DNA from: Microthyrium microscopicum
Taxonomy: Eukaryota
Direction of reading: 5' to 3'
DNA length: 64,000 nucleotides
Assembly (NCBI GenBank): GCA_010405405.1
Contig: MU004231.1
Coordinates: 422,153 to 486,152 of the forward strand
The stretch's first letter is position 1. Each line of letters starts with the position of its first letter. This document shows, piece by piece, positions 28,801 through 42,879 of this stretch. The notes below the pieces were generated by a model. The model had not been told where the DNA came from. It did no database searches and saw only the letters and a list, made by a program, of their open reading frames with translations. The translations under genes and the position numbers were made by a program.

Positions 28801-29740
28801 ATATACTTAAATAAAGATCTTATTAATGATAGACTAGACTTTATATACTCTAGTAAAGTATTATATTCTAATACTCTCTAGCTAAGTTACCTTATTATAA
28901 TACTATATAGTAGTATAACTTATATAATAGATAATAATAAGAATGATATATAACCCTTTATAGCTTACTATAAATAAGAATAGCAAAAAGATAAGGATAA
29001 TAATTAATAGTATAATGAAGTCTTAACTAAGAATTATTAGTAACGCGACTTTATATAAGCTTAGACCTATCCTATATTTAAGAAAGAGCTTAATAATAAT
29101 TTTAGTCTTTTAGGTTAACTTTTTATATAACTACTTATTATTTATATAGTATATAATATAGATTAAATAATAAGAGATTTTAAATTATAATATAGATATA
29201 CTAGATTTTTTATAGCTTTAATTTAAGAGTATATACTAATCTTAGAAAAAGCTATAAAACTTACGTTTAATAAGCTATTAGGTCTTATATTATTTAAGCT
29301 AGCTATAAAGTTAAAAGTATATAAACTAAATAAACTATTAACTATTATATATATAGTTCCTTATAAAGACTTAAAGTATCTTAATTACTATTAGTTAAAT
29401 CTATACCTTAATTATAATAATTATACTAGAATATATAACCTAATTACCTTTAGTAAATAAAGAATTAAGGTAGCTAAGGCTAAAACTATAGTAAGACGTA
29501 AGGCCCTAAAGAGAAAGAATAAAGAGCTCTATAAAGCTTAGGTTAAAGTTTATCTTAAGAAGCTTACTAATAGAGTAAAGAAAATAAAGCGTAGTAATAA
29601 AAAAGAAATAGAAAATAGAGAGGATAAACTAAATAGTAATAAAAAGAGTAAGTAAAAGATTAGCAAAGATAGTAAAGAAGAGATTAGTAATAATAGTAAA
29701 GAAGATAGTAATAATAATAGCGAAGATATATAGTAAAATA
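25900..29740 (+). pseudogene. RIP-inactivated Plavaka transposase
   Basis: De-RIP reading from 26862: VYF(R)SILEIIKFFIS(H)KPF..D...(G)K(R)IY.....ER(WW)EL(Q)...G(SD)KT...(W)AYY..I.NL(P)GSIRR. Then (ADG)..R..(P)IL....(D)YKE and (C)PICLV(P) at 27360-27480, (D)LL(H) at ~27706, and NF(P)KF(H)...SI(R).F(G)T.D....VEKL(H)...(R)TN at ~28280-28415. Acidic C-terminal tail. Confidence 0.9.
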
Positions 29741-32662
29741 AAGGTCTAATAAACGTTTTATTATCTAAGAGTTATATATTTTATAGACTACTAAGTATTA
29801 TTATTATTATTATAATATTATCTTCTAAGTAATTTAGTTTTATTAGTATTAGTTATAGACTTAAATATAATAGTTAGTATAATATAGAATATAATAGAAT
29901 AAATTAACTTAGGAACTTTAGGAATATATATTTATATAGAATAGTATATATATAAGAGGTAAAATTATCTATTCTTTTTAATAGCTTTTAATTTATAATT
30001 CTTTAAATAAAATAATAGGCTATTAATTTTAAATTCTTTTTCTTTAGTACTTATAGTAATCTAAACTTATTTTACTTCTTTACCTTACTTCTAATATATA
30101 TATCTTCTCTATACTTTATTTTAAGCTTTTATAAAGAGCTTATCTAGTTACTAAACCTAAACGTTACCTAATAATTATCTACTACTTATAGTAATAATTA
30201 AAAGGGTAGCTATTTACCTTTATTATATATCTTTATTGTCTTAGTTTCTAATAACCTTCTTTATTTATAATAACTTGCTTAGTTAATTAATAGCTTTACT
30301 ACTACTTATTATAATACTATTATATCTTTTATTTAATTCTATTATAAACTATATACTATAGTTTTTAAGATAACTAAAAACTATACTTAACTCTTCTAGT
30401 ACCTTTATTTAAAGTACGCTCCTATTTAAAAAATATAAATTATAAATACCTAGAATCCTAGACTATTCCTTAACTCCTTAAAGCTATTATACTAGTTAAA
30501 TTAACCTCTAAGCTAGAAGAAAATAATAATAATGCTCTAAACTTAGATATAGAATCTCTCTTAGAAACTAATTAAACTAAACTTAAGTATAAAGTCTACT
30601 TAGACTCCTATATTACCTATTAGCAAAACCTTAGTTCTACTAAATAGACTACTAACTAACTTATAAATACTATATTACTAGACTCTCTTTAGTAAGATAT
30701 AGTCTTAGAAGTAGATAAGTAAGTTATTACTATATAAGTATATAAAAACTAGATCTTTAAGTAAGGCCTTAGCGTCTTTTTAAAAGTGGTTAGGCTATTA
30801 GTGTTAGTACTAATAATAGAGGAAGAGATATAGGCATAGTATTTTAATATGTATTAAGATATTTATAGGGCGCTAAATTTATAGCTATCTATATAATATA
30901 TACTATATTATAGTTTAGTTAGAGTATAGTAGAAATTTTCTCTTCTTAGCTATAAATAGTAAAGCTTATAATAAAAAGATAGTTATTATATAAAGATATA
31001 AGGTATCTCTTTTTAAATAGATAGGAAGAAAGGATAAGATATAAATATAGATAATATACTATTTAAGAAAAGTAAAAATAAAAGTTTAATATAGGCCTAA
31101 TAGAATTTGTAGTCCTATTAGAATATCTTTAATTTCTTTATTTTTAAGTAAGTAGGACTTTATAGTTAGAGCTTTTAGATTTATTCTTTACGTCTTAATA
31201 AATATAAAGCTAGGTTTCTTTTAGTATAGTGTATTCTAGACGTTAGTACCTAATCTTTTTAAGTCGTTATAGATAAGTATATTAATATTAGTTAATTAAC
31301 TCTTATCTTATTTCTTCTATACATTAAACTTACTTTACTAGTACTACTTATTATCTTCTAGCTAGCTCTTAATTAATAATTATATTAGCTTTAGTAACTA
31401 ATTAATTCTTATCTTACTATAGATAGTAATACTTCTTCTATTTAATACTATAAATATAGTAGAACTAATTAACTATATTTATAATTAATTTTCTAGTATA
31501 TTAGTATAAGATAGAAACTTAAAAAGCATAGCTTACTATATATAGTAGCAGCTAGTATCTAGTTTAATTATTAATTTATAAGCGTTATAATGCTATTAAT
31601 TTATCTTTATAGCTAGTATAAGTATAGCTTATAAAGCCTTATCTTTAAGATAATTACTATACTTTATTAGTTTAGAATTATAATATTTTAATATGTGTTA
31701 AAAAGATAGTATCTATTATTTAGAGTATTCCTAAAATAAGATATAGAAGCTATTAATAAGGATAAGAGACTTTAAAGGTTTAAGTATCTTTTTATATTAT
31801 ATTATTAAAAAGATATAATAACTAAGCACCTTACTTAGTATATTTAGCTTTCTTATACTAAATATATATCTAATAGAAGCATTTATTATACGTTATAACG
31901 TTAAGACTTAAAACTATAAGTAGAGTAAGGAATTTTTTATAGCCTAATTTATTATAATAAAGCTAGTTCTTAGTAGTAAACTTAATAGCTACTAACTAGA
32001 AAGCGTTTAATTCTTTAAGTAATAGAATTAGCGTAATAAGCTTAATTATAACTTTTTATTAATAGCAACGTAGAGGGAAGTAGTTTTTATCTTTAATAGC
32101 TAATAAGAAGAGCTTTTTTAGAAGATTTAGAAATTATTATTCTTTAGTAGCTTAATAATAATATTGTAAAAGCTTTTAGTAGTTAAATAGAAAGAAATAT
32201 TAGATAGTACTATTAATAGGTTTAGGGCTAAATATCTTTAAAGTCGTAACTAAACTAAAACTTACTAGAATATTACTATTATTAAACTAAACTTAACTCT
32301 TACGTATTCTATCTTCTACTAATATTCTTAATACGTTTCCTATACTCTACTATACTTCTTTTTACTTATACTTATAGCTATTATATTTTATATTATATTT
32401 AGGTACCTATTACTATTATTTAAATTAAATAAGTAGCTATTTATAGTAGCTATAATATATAATAAACCTATAACTAAAATTAAGCTAAACTATATACTAA
32501 AGTAGAAGGTTATTAAGATTTTTAGACTTATTAATACCTTATTTAATATACTCTAGCTTATATTTATTAATACTATATTAGAGCGCTAAAGCGCTAGAGC
32601 TAGATCCTTTTCCTAATTCTTTTAATTTCTTACTACTAGGGTATAGGCTCCTTTCTATCTTT

Positions 32663-33040
32663 AAATAAGTTTAAGTAATAACTTATAGAACTTAAGGTAG
32701 TATTATATTAATAATAAAATAGTATTAATATAATATTATTTCTTAGAGAGTTAACGTATAGCTACTATAAAGGTAGAATAGCCTTAGGGTAGTGCTATAG
32801 AAGAGTAATTATAGCGCTAATACTAAGGTAAACGTTACTATATTACCTTAATAGTATTCTTATAAGTATTATACTATAAGTATATACTAATTATATAATA
32901 ATAATAATAATAATACGTAGTAGTATACTATTAGGGTATAGATTTCTTCTTTTCTATAAATAAGTTTAAGTAATAACTTATAATACTTAAGGTAGCATTA
33001 TATTAATAACAAAATAGTATTAATATAATATTTTCCTTAA
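32663..33040. repeat. ~85-bp direct repeat, two copies ~295 bp apart
   Basis: AAATAAGTTTAAGTAATAACTTATA..ACTTAAGGTAG.ATTATATTAATAA.AAAATAGTATTAATATAAT at ~32663 and ~32958. Confidence 0.85.
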
Positions 33041-33849
33041 TAAGATTTTATAGAAGAGAAATAGTATATTAAATAAGAAGTAAAAGACTTATTAGTAATA
33101 ATAGTAATTTATATAAATAATAGAATTTTACTTTAAAGTTACTATCCTAACATTTTTATTTATTATTTAGGAGCCTAGTAGTATTATAGTAAGCACTACT
33201 ACTATACGCTCTATAAACCTAATTTATAGAACGTTATATACTTATATTATAGCTTATTATACTATAGGATATACTAAAGTTAGCTCTAATAGTTTAAATT
33301 AAGTCTTTATAGATATTCCTAGACTTTTAAGTATATATAAACCTATATTTACTTATAAAGCAGATTAGTATATAGATAACTATTATCTTATACCTACTTT
33401 ATCTTATACTTGCTATATAGTTACTTTTATTATAAATCTATATTACTAAAGTAATTTCTAAAGTTAAGGATAAAGTTAAAACTAGGCTAGTTACTCTATC
33501 TAAGTAATATCTTATACTTTAGTACTTTAAGTATAAAAGATACTCTACTAACGTTATTACCTACTAGGATAGTATATTAGAAGGATAATACGAAATAGCC
33601 CTTAATACTAAACTTTCCTAACTCTATAAACTATATAAAGGGCTCTATCTTATTAATAATACTACTATAAGTCTTCTACGTATAATACTTATTATTATAG
33701 CTAAATACTCTTATAATTACTATTCTACTAGCCTCTAAGATACTAGCTATAAGGGTAACTATTACTTTTTAGCATTTATATAAGAGTAGCTTACTATTTA
33801 CTATAAGGGTTAAGACTTTAATTATATACTAATAGGATATATATACTAT

Positions 33850-34560
33850 AGAAAATTATAAATACTAGATAAGGTTCTTAAAGTAGATAATTATATATCT
33901 AGTAATAAGGCTACTATTTTTAAACTATTAAGTAGGATATTAAGAAGGATTTTAAATACGTAACTACTCTTAATAGTAATAGAGATTAACTTAATGCCTA
34001 TTATGCTCTACCTTAATATTTATTATTACTTACGCTATTACTTACATACTTATTAGTCTTAGTTATTTCTAAATAGATTGCCCTTATCTTAAGCCTACTA
34101 CCTAAAAACTAGTCCCTTACTATTATTCTTATTATTATAGATAATTAATATATTACTAAAGGGTACCCTTAACTAAAGTAATTATGCACTTACCTTATTT
34201 ATTTAGCTTACATTATCCTATAATAGACCTATACTATTAAAATATAAAGTTAGAGTTTATAAAGTTAATAGTAATATTATTACTCCTTAAGATGCTTAAG
34301 TAAGGCTTTATAACTAGCTTTAACTAGCTTTGCTACCTATATTCTAACTAACCTATTTAGGATAGTAATTATAACAATATTAAACTACTAAACTTCTCTA
34401 TTAGTATAGGAGCTATATCTAGTATAGAAGTAATACTTTTAACTTAATATATATTACTATAAAGGAAAGCTATTACTACTTAGCTTCCTTAGAGAACGCT
34501 ATGTCTAGAGGCTATTACTACTATATATAGCTATATTACCTTTTTTTACTTACGTTTTTA
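33850..34560 (+). pseudogene. Tentative protein-kinase-like relic
   Basis: TAT AAC AAT ATT AAA CTA CTA AAC TTC TCT ATT AGT (~34370-34405) de-RIPs to H-N-D-I-K-P-P-N-F-S-I-G, like the CK1-type catalytic loop HRDIKPxNFxIG. No clean DFG follows. Confidence 0.3.
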
Positions 34561-35014
34561 AAGTACCTTAGAAGTCTAGGAACGTTTAGAAAAGTACTTT
34601 AGGTATTTACTACTTAGTATTCTTTATTCTTTATAAGGTCTACTTTATATAAGGAAAGATTAAAGATATTATAGTAATACTTAGTATACTACTCTACTTC
34701 TACTACTATAGAAGTTGCCTCTATAGCTACTACTTTAGCCTTTCTATATCTTTACTTTAACTATTATAGAACTTATCTTTATTATTACTACCTTCTTCTC
34801 TATTATTATCTTAACTACTATAGAATTTGCCTCTACTATATATTTTATATATCTTAAGGCCTTTAATATTTTAGTTAGCTTTATAAGTAAAGTAGTAGGG
34901 TTATATTAAAGTTTAGAAGTAGTAAGAAAAAAGGAGATAAAGATAAAAGATATAGCTAAGCTATTATTAGAGCTACTAAGTAGATACTAAAGGAAGCGTA
35001 ATTAATAATAATAA

Positions 35015-35275
35015 TAACTACTACTTCCTTTTCTATTAAACCTACTTCTATATTAACTACTATAGAATTTGCTTCTATAGCTACTACTTCTTTCTTTATT
35101 AAACCTACTTCTACTTTAATCGCTATAGAATTTACCTCTATAACTACTACCTTTTTCTTTATTAAATTTATCTCTACCTTAATTGCTATAAAATTTGCCT
35201 TTATAGCTATTATCTCCTTCTTTATTAAACTTACCTTTATCTTAACTATTATAGAATTTGCCTTTATAGCTACTA
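35015..35275 (-). repeat. 63-bp tandem repeat, 4 copies (21-codon Ala/Glu-rich unit on the minus strand)
   Basis: TATAGAATTT(G/A)C.T.TATAGCTACTA recurs at 63-bp spacing. Partial copies at ~34705 and ~34815. Confidence 0.88.
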
Positions 35276-36739
35276 TGATTACTATAGTAAGATATAAAGA
35301 GCTTATTAAGTTAGAGAATATAGAAGTTAAAGTAGTAAGGAGATAAACCTTAGGTAAAGATTATTCTTAACTATATTAGAATAATAAGTATTTAAAGATT
35401 TAGTAGTTACTAAAGTAGTTACTAAGGTATAATAACCTTTCCTTCTTAATTAAGATAGTGCTCTTCTTAAATCTTTTCTTTAGCTTTAACTTAATTTAAC
35501 CTCTTTTTTCTCTTTTTACTTTGCTTTCTACTTAGCCTAAGTATAAGGAAAGCGCCTATTAAAGTTATTTTAATAGCTTTTATATAGCGTAATACTAAAG
35601 TATTACTATACCTAAAAAAGTATATTTCTTTATAGCTACCTAAGACTTTAAACCTTATATATAAAATAAAAGAAATTTTATTTTTTTATATTATAGACGC
35701 TCTTTATATAGAAAATAGGAAAGATTAATAACTAAGTATAGATAGCTTATTTCTCTTCTTTACTCTACTTTCTATACTTATTTAGTTCCTTTAAATTAAT
35801 TACGTAAGATATATACCTACTTTATAGTCTCTTTCTTTATAATAGACGTAATAGATAAAGTTTTAGGTAACTCTTACCTTCTTAAATTAGTAGTAGACTA
35901 TATATATTTATATACTTATTTACTATAAGAGCGTAAAGAAGTTATAAAGCTCTATCTTATTTGCTATTTAGTTAATATTATGCTATTATATATAATAAGA
36001 CTACTTTTTATAGGCTTATATTTATTAAGATATAGAAGTAGCTATATAGTTTTATATAAGTAGGTGCTATTTTTTACTTATATATACTTAATAAGTAGTT
36101 TTAGTTATATATAGCGTATAGATAGTATATATATAAATATTTAGTATAGCTATATAACTTTTATACTATTAGAGTTATAGATATTAAGTAGTTTAGTAAT
36201 ATATTTACTACTAGTAGATAGAAAAAGGTATTTTAAGTATACCTTCTTAGATTAGAAGTTAACTAAATAGGTTTACTATTTTTAGACTATAGTTAACTTA
36301 GTAGAGTAGTTAAGGACGTAGATTCCTAATACTAGGAAGTACTTACTAATAAGATAGTCTCTTCTAGGTAAACTAAGCAAAGTATTTAACTAACTCTATA
36401 TTATATTATAAAAGAAAAGTAGATAGCTTATCTTAGAAGAATTCTTTATTAAGCTAGTAAATTATAGTAGAGTTATAAGGAGCTAAGAGATTACCTTTAG
36501 CTACTACTCCTTATAATAGATATCTTAGTAGCTATTTAGTTTATATTAATTAAGATAGTATCTAACGCTAGCTATAATAATTAGCTAACCTTTCTTTAAC
36601 CTCTTAATATATTCTTTAATTACTTTTGCTAATTTAACGTAAATATAGCTATAATTAGACTACGAAAAGTCTTTCTATTTATTAGAGCTAATTTATAATA
36701 GCTTTATCTTAATAGTAGCTTATTAGCTCTTTAAGGATA

Positions 36740-39700
36740 CTATACTAGTACTTAACTTATAACTTCTTATATTTTAGTTAATATTAACGTTAGTAAAATA
36801 GCTTTCTACTCTAGTAGGCTACTACTTAAGCTTATAATATCCTATTAGAGTAATTATAGTACTACTAATATATATAAATTAGCTTAGTTCTTATTTTGTA
36901 TTTACGTAAAACTAACCTATCTAAAAGAGTAAAAGAATAAAGCTAGCTAGGTAGTTATATAAGTAAAAAGTATATATAGCTTAGCTAACGTTAATAATAG
37001 CTACTCCTTTAATAAGAAGTTATTACTTAACCCTAATCTTATACTTAGAGAATTAACGTAAAGTTTCTATATTTAGTATAAGCTATAACTACCTACTATT
37101 TATACTAGTGCTTAACTTATAACTTTCTATATATTAGTTAATATTAATATTAGTAGGGTAGTTTTCTACCCNNNNNNNNNNNNNNNNNNNNNNNNNNNNN
37201 NNNNNNNNNNNNNNNNNNNNNNNNNNNNNNNNNNNNNNNNNNNNNNNNNNNTAAAGTTTCTATATTTAGTATAAGCTATAACTACTTACTATCTATAGAT
37301 TATTATCCTTATTTAGTAATCTATTAATAACTAGCTATTCTAGCTTTACTATATTTATAATAAGAGCCTAGATATTTTAATAGAAGCCTATCTTCTTGCT
37401 TTTAAGAGTATACTTAATAGCTATAATTTCTTTATATGCTTATAAAAGCTAGCTAGGCTAAGGACGTTAAGAAGCTATCTAATTACTAAGTTGTCCTTTA
37501 CTATTGCTTACCTAAGCTTCTAAAGCACTAACTATTATACCTACTATAAGAATATTTAAAGGCTATAATTTTGCTACTAAAGCTTTAGGTAATAATACTA
37601 AAAATAAGTCTAGTGCCTAAATAATCTTAATTATATTAGAGTTAAAGTAAACGCGATTATTATTACTATAAATAACTACTCTAAGTATCTAATCTACCTA
37701 CTTATAGACGAAGTTAAGGTAGTCCTTAGCTACTTCTTTAATAAGTTAGAAGTATAGATATATTTATTAACGTAATTACTTAGTTTTATACTTTAACTTT
37801 ATAAGAGTATACGCTAAATACTTAAAAAGAAAGTAAAGTTAATAAGAGATAGACTTAGTAATAAAGAGCATAGAATATATAGACTCTTTAACTACTCTAG
37901 TTAATAAACTAACCTCTATAGTTCTTAACTTAGAAGGTATAACCTATAGGTATATAAGATTTATTAGTAATTAGCTAATATATATTCTAGAAGTATTACT
38001 TACTAATAGATGCTTTAGAGTCTTAAAATTCTTTAATTACTTTATTGCTAAAACTAGTACCTAGCTTATAAGAATTCCTTATAGTACTATAATTAAACTA
38101 CTTTTAGTACATTAGTAGGTTAATAACTCTAATATTATTAGATATTTTGCTCTTCTTTATAGAAGCTTCTCTATTACCTAATTTATTTATTAGTCTTAGA
38201 CTAAGAAAATACTTATTACTATAATATAGGCTTTTTTATCTTAATAATTAGTATACTCTTATTAACTTAAGGATAATTACTTTTCTTAATAATATTTATT
38301 AGATTGCTAAGTTCTTACTAATATAAGAATTATAAAGATACTAAATCCTTAATCTTAGCTTTATATAGTGTTCTTTAACTATGTCTATTATAAGGAAACT
38401 CCTTTCTTTATCCTAAAAGAAGAACCTATATAAGACGCTACTAAAATATTTAAGGAAATATTTAAAAAAATCTAGTCTATTTACTATTACTTTTATTATT
38501 ATAGTTAACTAATATACTACTAAAAATATTATTACCTTACCTACTCTTAATATCGTTACTACTTTATCTAGGTATTAAATATATCTAGATATAATAGAGA
38601 TTGCTAGTAAGTAACGTTCCTATATATAGTAATAACCCCTAAATAACTATTATTACTCTAAGTATCTAATCTACCTACTTATAGATAGAGCTTAAGGTAG
38701 TTCTTAGCTACTTCTTTAACTAGTTAAGAGTATAGATATATTTATTAATGTAATTACTTAATTTAACTATAAAGGTAATATACTATTTACTTAGTAGGGC
38801 GTAAGATATAGAAATAGCGCTATCTTAACTAGGAAAGAAAGATTATTACTTCTTAGTAACTACTTTAGTAACTACTAAGTTTTTAAATATAACCCTAGCT
38901 TTATATAGCGTTTTTTAACTATATCTATTATAAAGGAACCTCTTTTATTATCTTAGAAGAAGAGCTTGTATAGAATACTACTAAAACGACTAAGGAAATA
39001 TTTATCTACTTAATACCTCTACTACATTACTTAAGTATCCTTACCTAGTTTAATAGCTATATAATAGTACCTCTATTAGACTAGGAATAGTAGATAAATC
39101 TCTAACTTTACTAGTTACGTAAAGAAGTAAGTAGTACTATATAATTAAAATAATAATTAGGCTACTTTTAGCTTAATTTATGTACTATTTACTATTACTC
39201 TTATTATTATAATTAACTAATATACTACTAAAGGTACTATTACCTTACTTACTCTTAATATTGTTACTACTTTATTTAGGTGCTAAATATATCTAAATAT
39301 AATAAAGGTTACTAATAAGTAATATTTCTATATATAGTAACGACTCTTAAACGATTATTATTACTCTAAGTATCTAATCTATCTACCTATAGATAGAGCT
39401 TAAGGTAGTCCTTCCTTTACTATATTACTTAAGTATCCTTACCTAGTTTAATAGCTTATTAAAGATATTTATAGAGGCTTATAATATATTAAATATTTCT
39501 TCTTATTATTAAGTAGAATTATACTAGAAATATATTCTGCCTAATAAATTCTTTAGACTTTAAATCTAATACATATATAAACTACTAGAGTTAGGAATAC
39601 TACTAGAAGCCTCTTAAGTCTAGCTTAATAGACTATATAATAGTACTAGATATAAAAATTTTTAAAAGAAACTCTCTTATTCCTATAGAAAAGATAATTT

Positions 39701-41560
39701 AAGAAAGAAAGAAGTTAATAGCGCCCTTTAAGTAGCGTAAGGTAAGAAAGACTTTTTTAGTATACTATAATTAGTCTTTAATATTAATCTCTATTAAATT
39801 AAGAATAGTAAATAAATCTCTAACTCTACTAGTTATATAAAGAGGTAAGTAACACTATACAATTAAAATAATAACTAGGCTACTTTTAGCTTAATTTATA
39901 TATTATTTACTATTACTCTTATTATTATAGTTAATTAATATACTATTAAAGGTATTATTACCTTACCTACTCTTAATATTATTACTACTTTATCTAGGTA
40001 CTAGATATGTCTAAATATAATAAAGGTTACTAGTAAGTAACGTTCCTATATATAGTAACAATCCCTAGATAATATATAGTATTAAGGATCATAAGGCTTT
40101 ATATAAAATTTTTAGAGTATACTATAGGTATAATTAGATACGCTAAATAGATTTACTACTATAGGCGCTAGTTATTACTCTAAGTATCTAATCTACCTAT
40201 CTATAGATAGAGCTTAAGGTAGTCCTTCCTTTATTATATTACTTAAGCATCCTTACCTAGTTTAATAGCTATATAATAGTACTAAATATAGAAATTTTTA
40301 AAGAAAACTTTCTTATTCCTATAGGAAAGATAATTTAAGAAAGAAAGAAGTTAATAGTACTCTTTAAGTAGCGTAGGGTAAAAAAGACTTCTTTAGTATA
40401 CTATAACTAGTCTTTAATATTAATCTCTATTAGACTAAGAATAGTAAATAAATCTCTAACTTTACTAATTATATAAAGGAGTAAGTAGCATTATATAATT
40501 AAAATAATAACTAGGCTACTTATAGCCTAGTAGGAGTAATATCTTACTCTTAGTATAGTAAGTATATAGGACCTTATTATAAAGAATTATATAGTATATA
40601 GAATAAGTAATACCTTAAAGCATAGAGTAAAATTAGAGATAGAAGTTCTAAGTATAGGCATTAGTAATACTATAATTAATAATAGTGCTAAGGTAATAGT
40701 TACTATTATAGTCTACGTCCTAGAGACTAGTAGGATAAAAGTAGGTATAATAGCACTTTATAATAATAAGAAGTATTATATATAGACTTAGCTTAATTTA
40801 TATATTACTTACTATTACTCTTATTATTATAGTTAACTAATATACTATAGAAGATACTATTACCTTATCTGCTCTTAATATTATTACTATTTTATTTAGG
40901 TACTAGATATATCTAGATATAATAAAGGTTGCTAGTAAGCAACGTTCTTATACGTAGTAATAACTCCTAGATAACTATTATTACTCTAAGCATTTAATTT
41001 ACTTATTTATAGATAGAGCTTAAGGTAGTCTTTAGCTACTTCTTTAACTAGTTAGGAGTATAGACGTATTTATTAACGTAATTACTTAATTTAACTATAA
41101 AGGTAATATATAGCTTACTTAGTAAGGCGTAAGATATAGGAATAGCGCTATCTTAATTAGGAAGAAAAAGTTATTACTCCTTAGTAACTACTTATAGTAG
41201 TAACTACTAAGTTCTTAAATACTTCCTTAGTTAGCTATAACGAATATAAGAAATATATCTTTTTACTAGGTCTAGGAGATAAAAGCCTAGTTATATGTCC
41301 TGCTTATAACTTGCTAGGACTAGAATAATAATATTAAAGGCTAATTAGAACATTTAGGAAAGATAGACTATAAAGGTAATATATAGCTTACTTAGGGCGT
41401 AAGATATAGAAATAGTAATATCTTAACTAGTTAGAAAAGGCTATTACGCCTTAGTAGCTAGTTATATAGTAATTTTTAATTCCTTTCCTTAAAAATTATA
41501 TTTTCTACCTAAAGATTATAACTACTTTATCTAAGTGCTAGATATATCTAGATACTAATA
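36740..41560. repeat. Mosaic of shuffled, dispersed direct-repeat modules; contains an 80-N gap (37172-37251)
   Basis: Module TACTCTAAGTATCTAATCTACCTA..TATAGA..AAGGTAGT at ~37677, 38654, 39362, 40175, 40982. Module TACTATTACT.TTATTATTATA.TTAA at ~38482, 39190, 39908, 40810. Module ACTATAAAGGTAATATA..GGCGTAAGATATAG at ~38766, 41094, 41367. Module AATCTCTAACT.TACTA.TTA at ~39097, 39815, 40451. Confidence 0.9.
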
Positions 41561-41600
41561 TCTAGATATATCTAGATATATCTAGATATATCTAGATATA
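41538..41600. repeat. Self-complementary 10-bp microsatellite (CTAGATATAT)n
   Basis: Directly visible, about 6 units, at the right end of the mosaic block. Confidence 0.9.
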
Positions 41601-41684
41601 TAAAAAGTTATTAGTAAGCGTTATTTATATCCTATTATACATAGCTTTAGCTATAATAAATTTACTTAAGTATAGTATAAGCTA

Positions 41685-42135
41685 TACTTAAATAATTATA
41701 ATATACCTAATAAGTTTAAAATATTTTAAATAGTTTTATAATATTTCTAATAAAGTATATATTATCTTATACGTATCTAATATTTTTATAATAAGTTTTA
41801 AATAACTATAATGTACCTAATAAGTTTAAAATATTTTAAATAGTTTTATAATATTTCTAATAAAGTATATATTATTTTATGCGTATCTAATATTTTTATA
41901 ATAAGTTTTAAATAACTATGATATACTTAATAAGTTTAAAATATTTTAAATAGTTTTATAATATTTCTAATAAAGTATATATTATCTTATACGCATCTAA
42001 TATTTTTATAATAAGTTTAAAATAATTATAATGTACTTAATAAGTTTAAAATATTTTAAATACTTTTAAAATATTTTTAATAAAGTACGTAGTTATCTTA
42101 TACGCATCTAATATTTTTATAATAAGTTAAATATA
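41685..42135. repeat. 110-bp minisatellite, 4 copies
   Basis: AT(A/G)TAC(C/T)TAATAAGTTTAAAATATTTTAAA at 41701, 41811, 41921, 42031. The period is not a multiple of 3. Confidence 0.96.
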
Positions 42136-42879
42136 ACTTTTCTAGTATAATACGTAGTCTAATTTATAATGCATGATAATTTTTTTACGATATAAAAGGT
42201 ATAGCAATAAGTTATAAAGCTAATAGTATTTAAGTAAAGCTAGATTTAAGGTTCTACTCTAAACGAGTAGACTAAGATACGCTTAACTACTTTTAGATAA
42301 TATAAGACGTTCTTAAATAATATTTTAAGTTATGCAAAGATATTAGTCCAATTAAATAGCTCTTAGTAAGACTTAATTATTAGCATATAATACCTAATAT
42401 TGCATCGTAACTTTAAAGTCTTTTTAACTTTATACTAATATATCTAACTTTAATATTTATACCTTCTATTACGATATAATTTACCTTAATAACTATAGTT
42501 TAAGACTAGGCATAATTAGCGTTACTTATACCTATAGCTTATATATAACTTCCTTATTATCTATGCTATAATCTTTTTAGCTATTAGCATTCCTATATTT
42601 TTTATCTTATAAAGCTAGCTAATATTAATATCTTCTACGTCTAAAGTAATAACTAATTTATATTGTAACGTATATTCTTACCTATTATAAGATAGCACTA
42701 ATATTTCCTTAAAAGCTAAAGGTAAAGTTGTAAAGCTAATTTTATTATATACTAGTATACTAGATTTAAGTATATAGTATAATCCTTTCTAAAGCTTTAC
42801 ACGTACTTAAAAGTCTTATTATAATATTAGCTATTAAGTAGCATTCTTAACTTAGTATAAGCATTCTCTTTCTTAAAGT

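Noticed and set aside
38817..41221. Ankyrin-like reading (LAAA..GH.GVV) of one mosaic module on the minus strand
   Set aside because: It needs many assumed reversions, there is no 33-aa periodicity, and the same module also occurs inverted.
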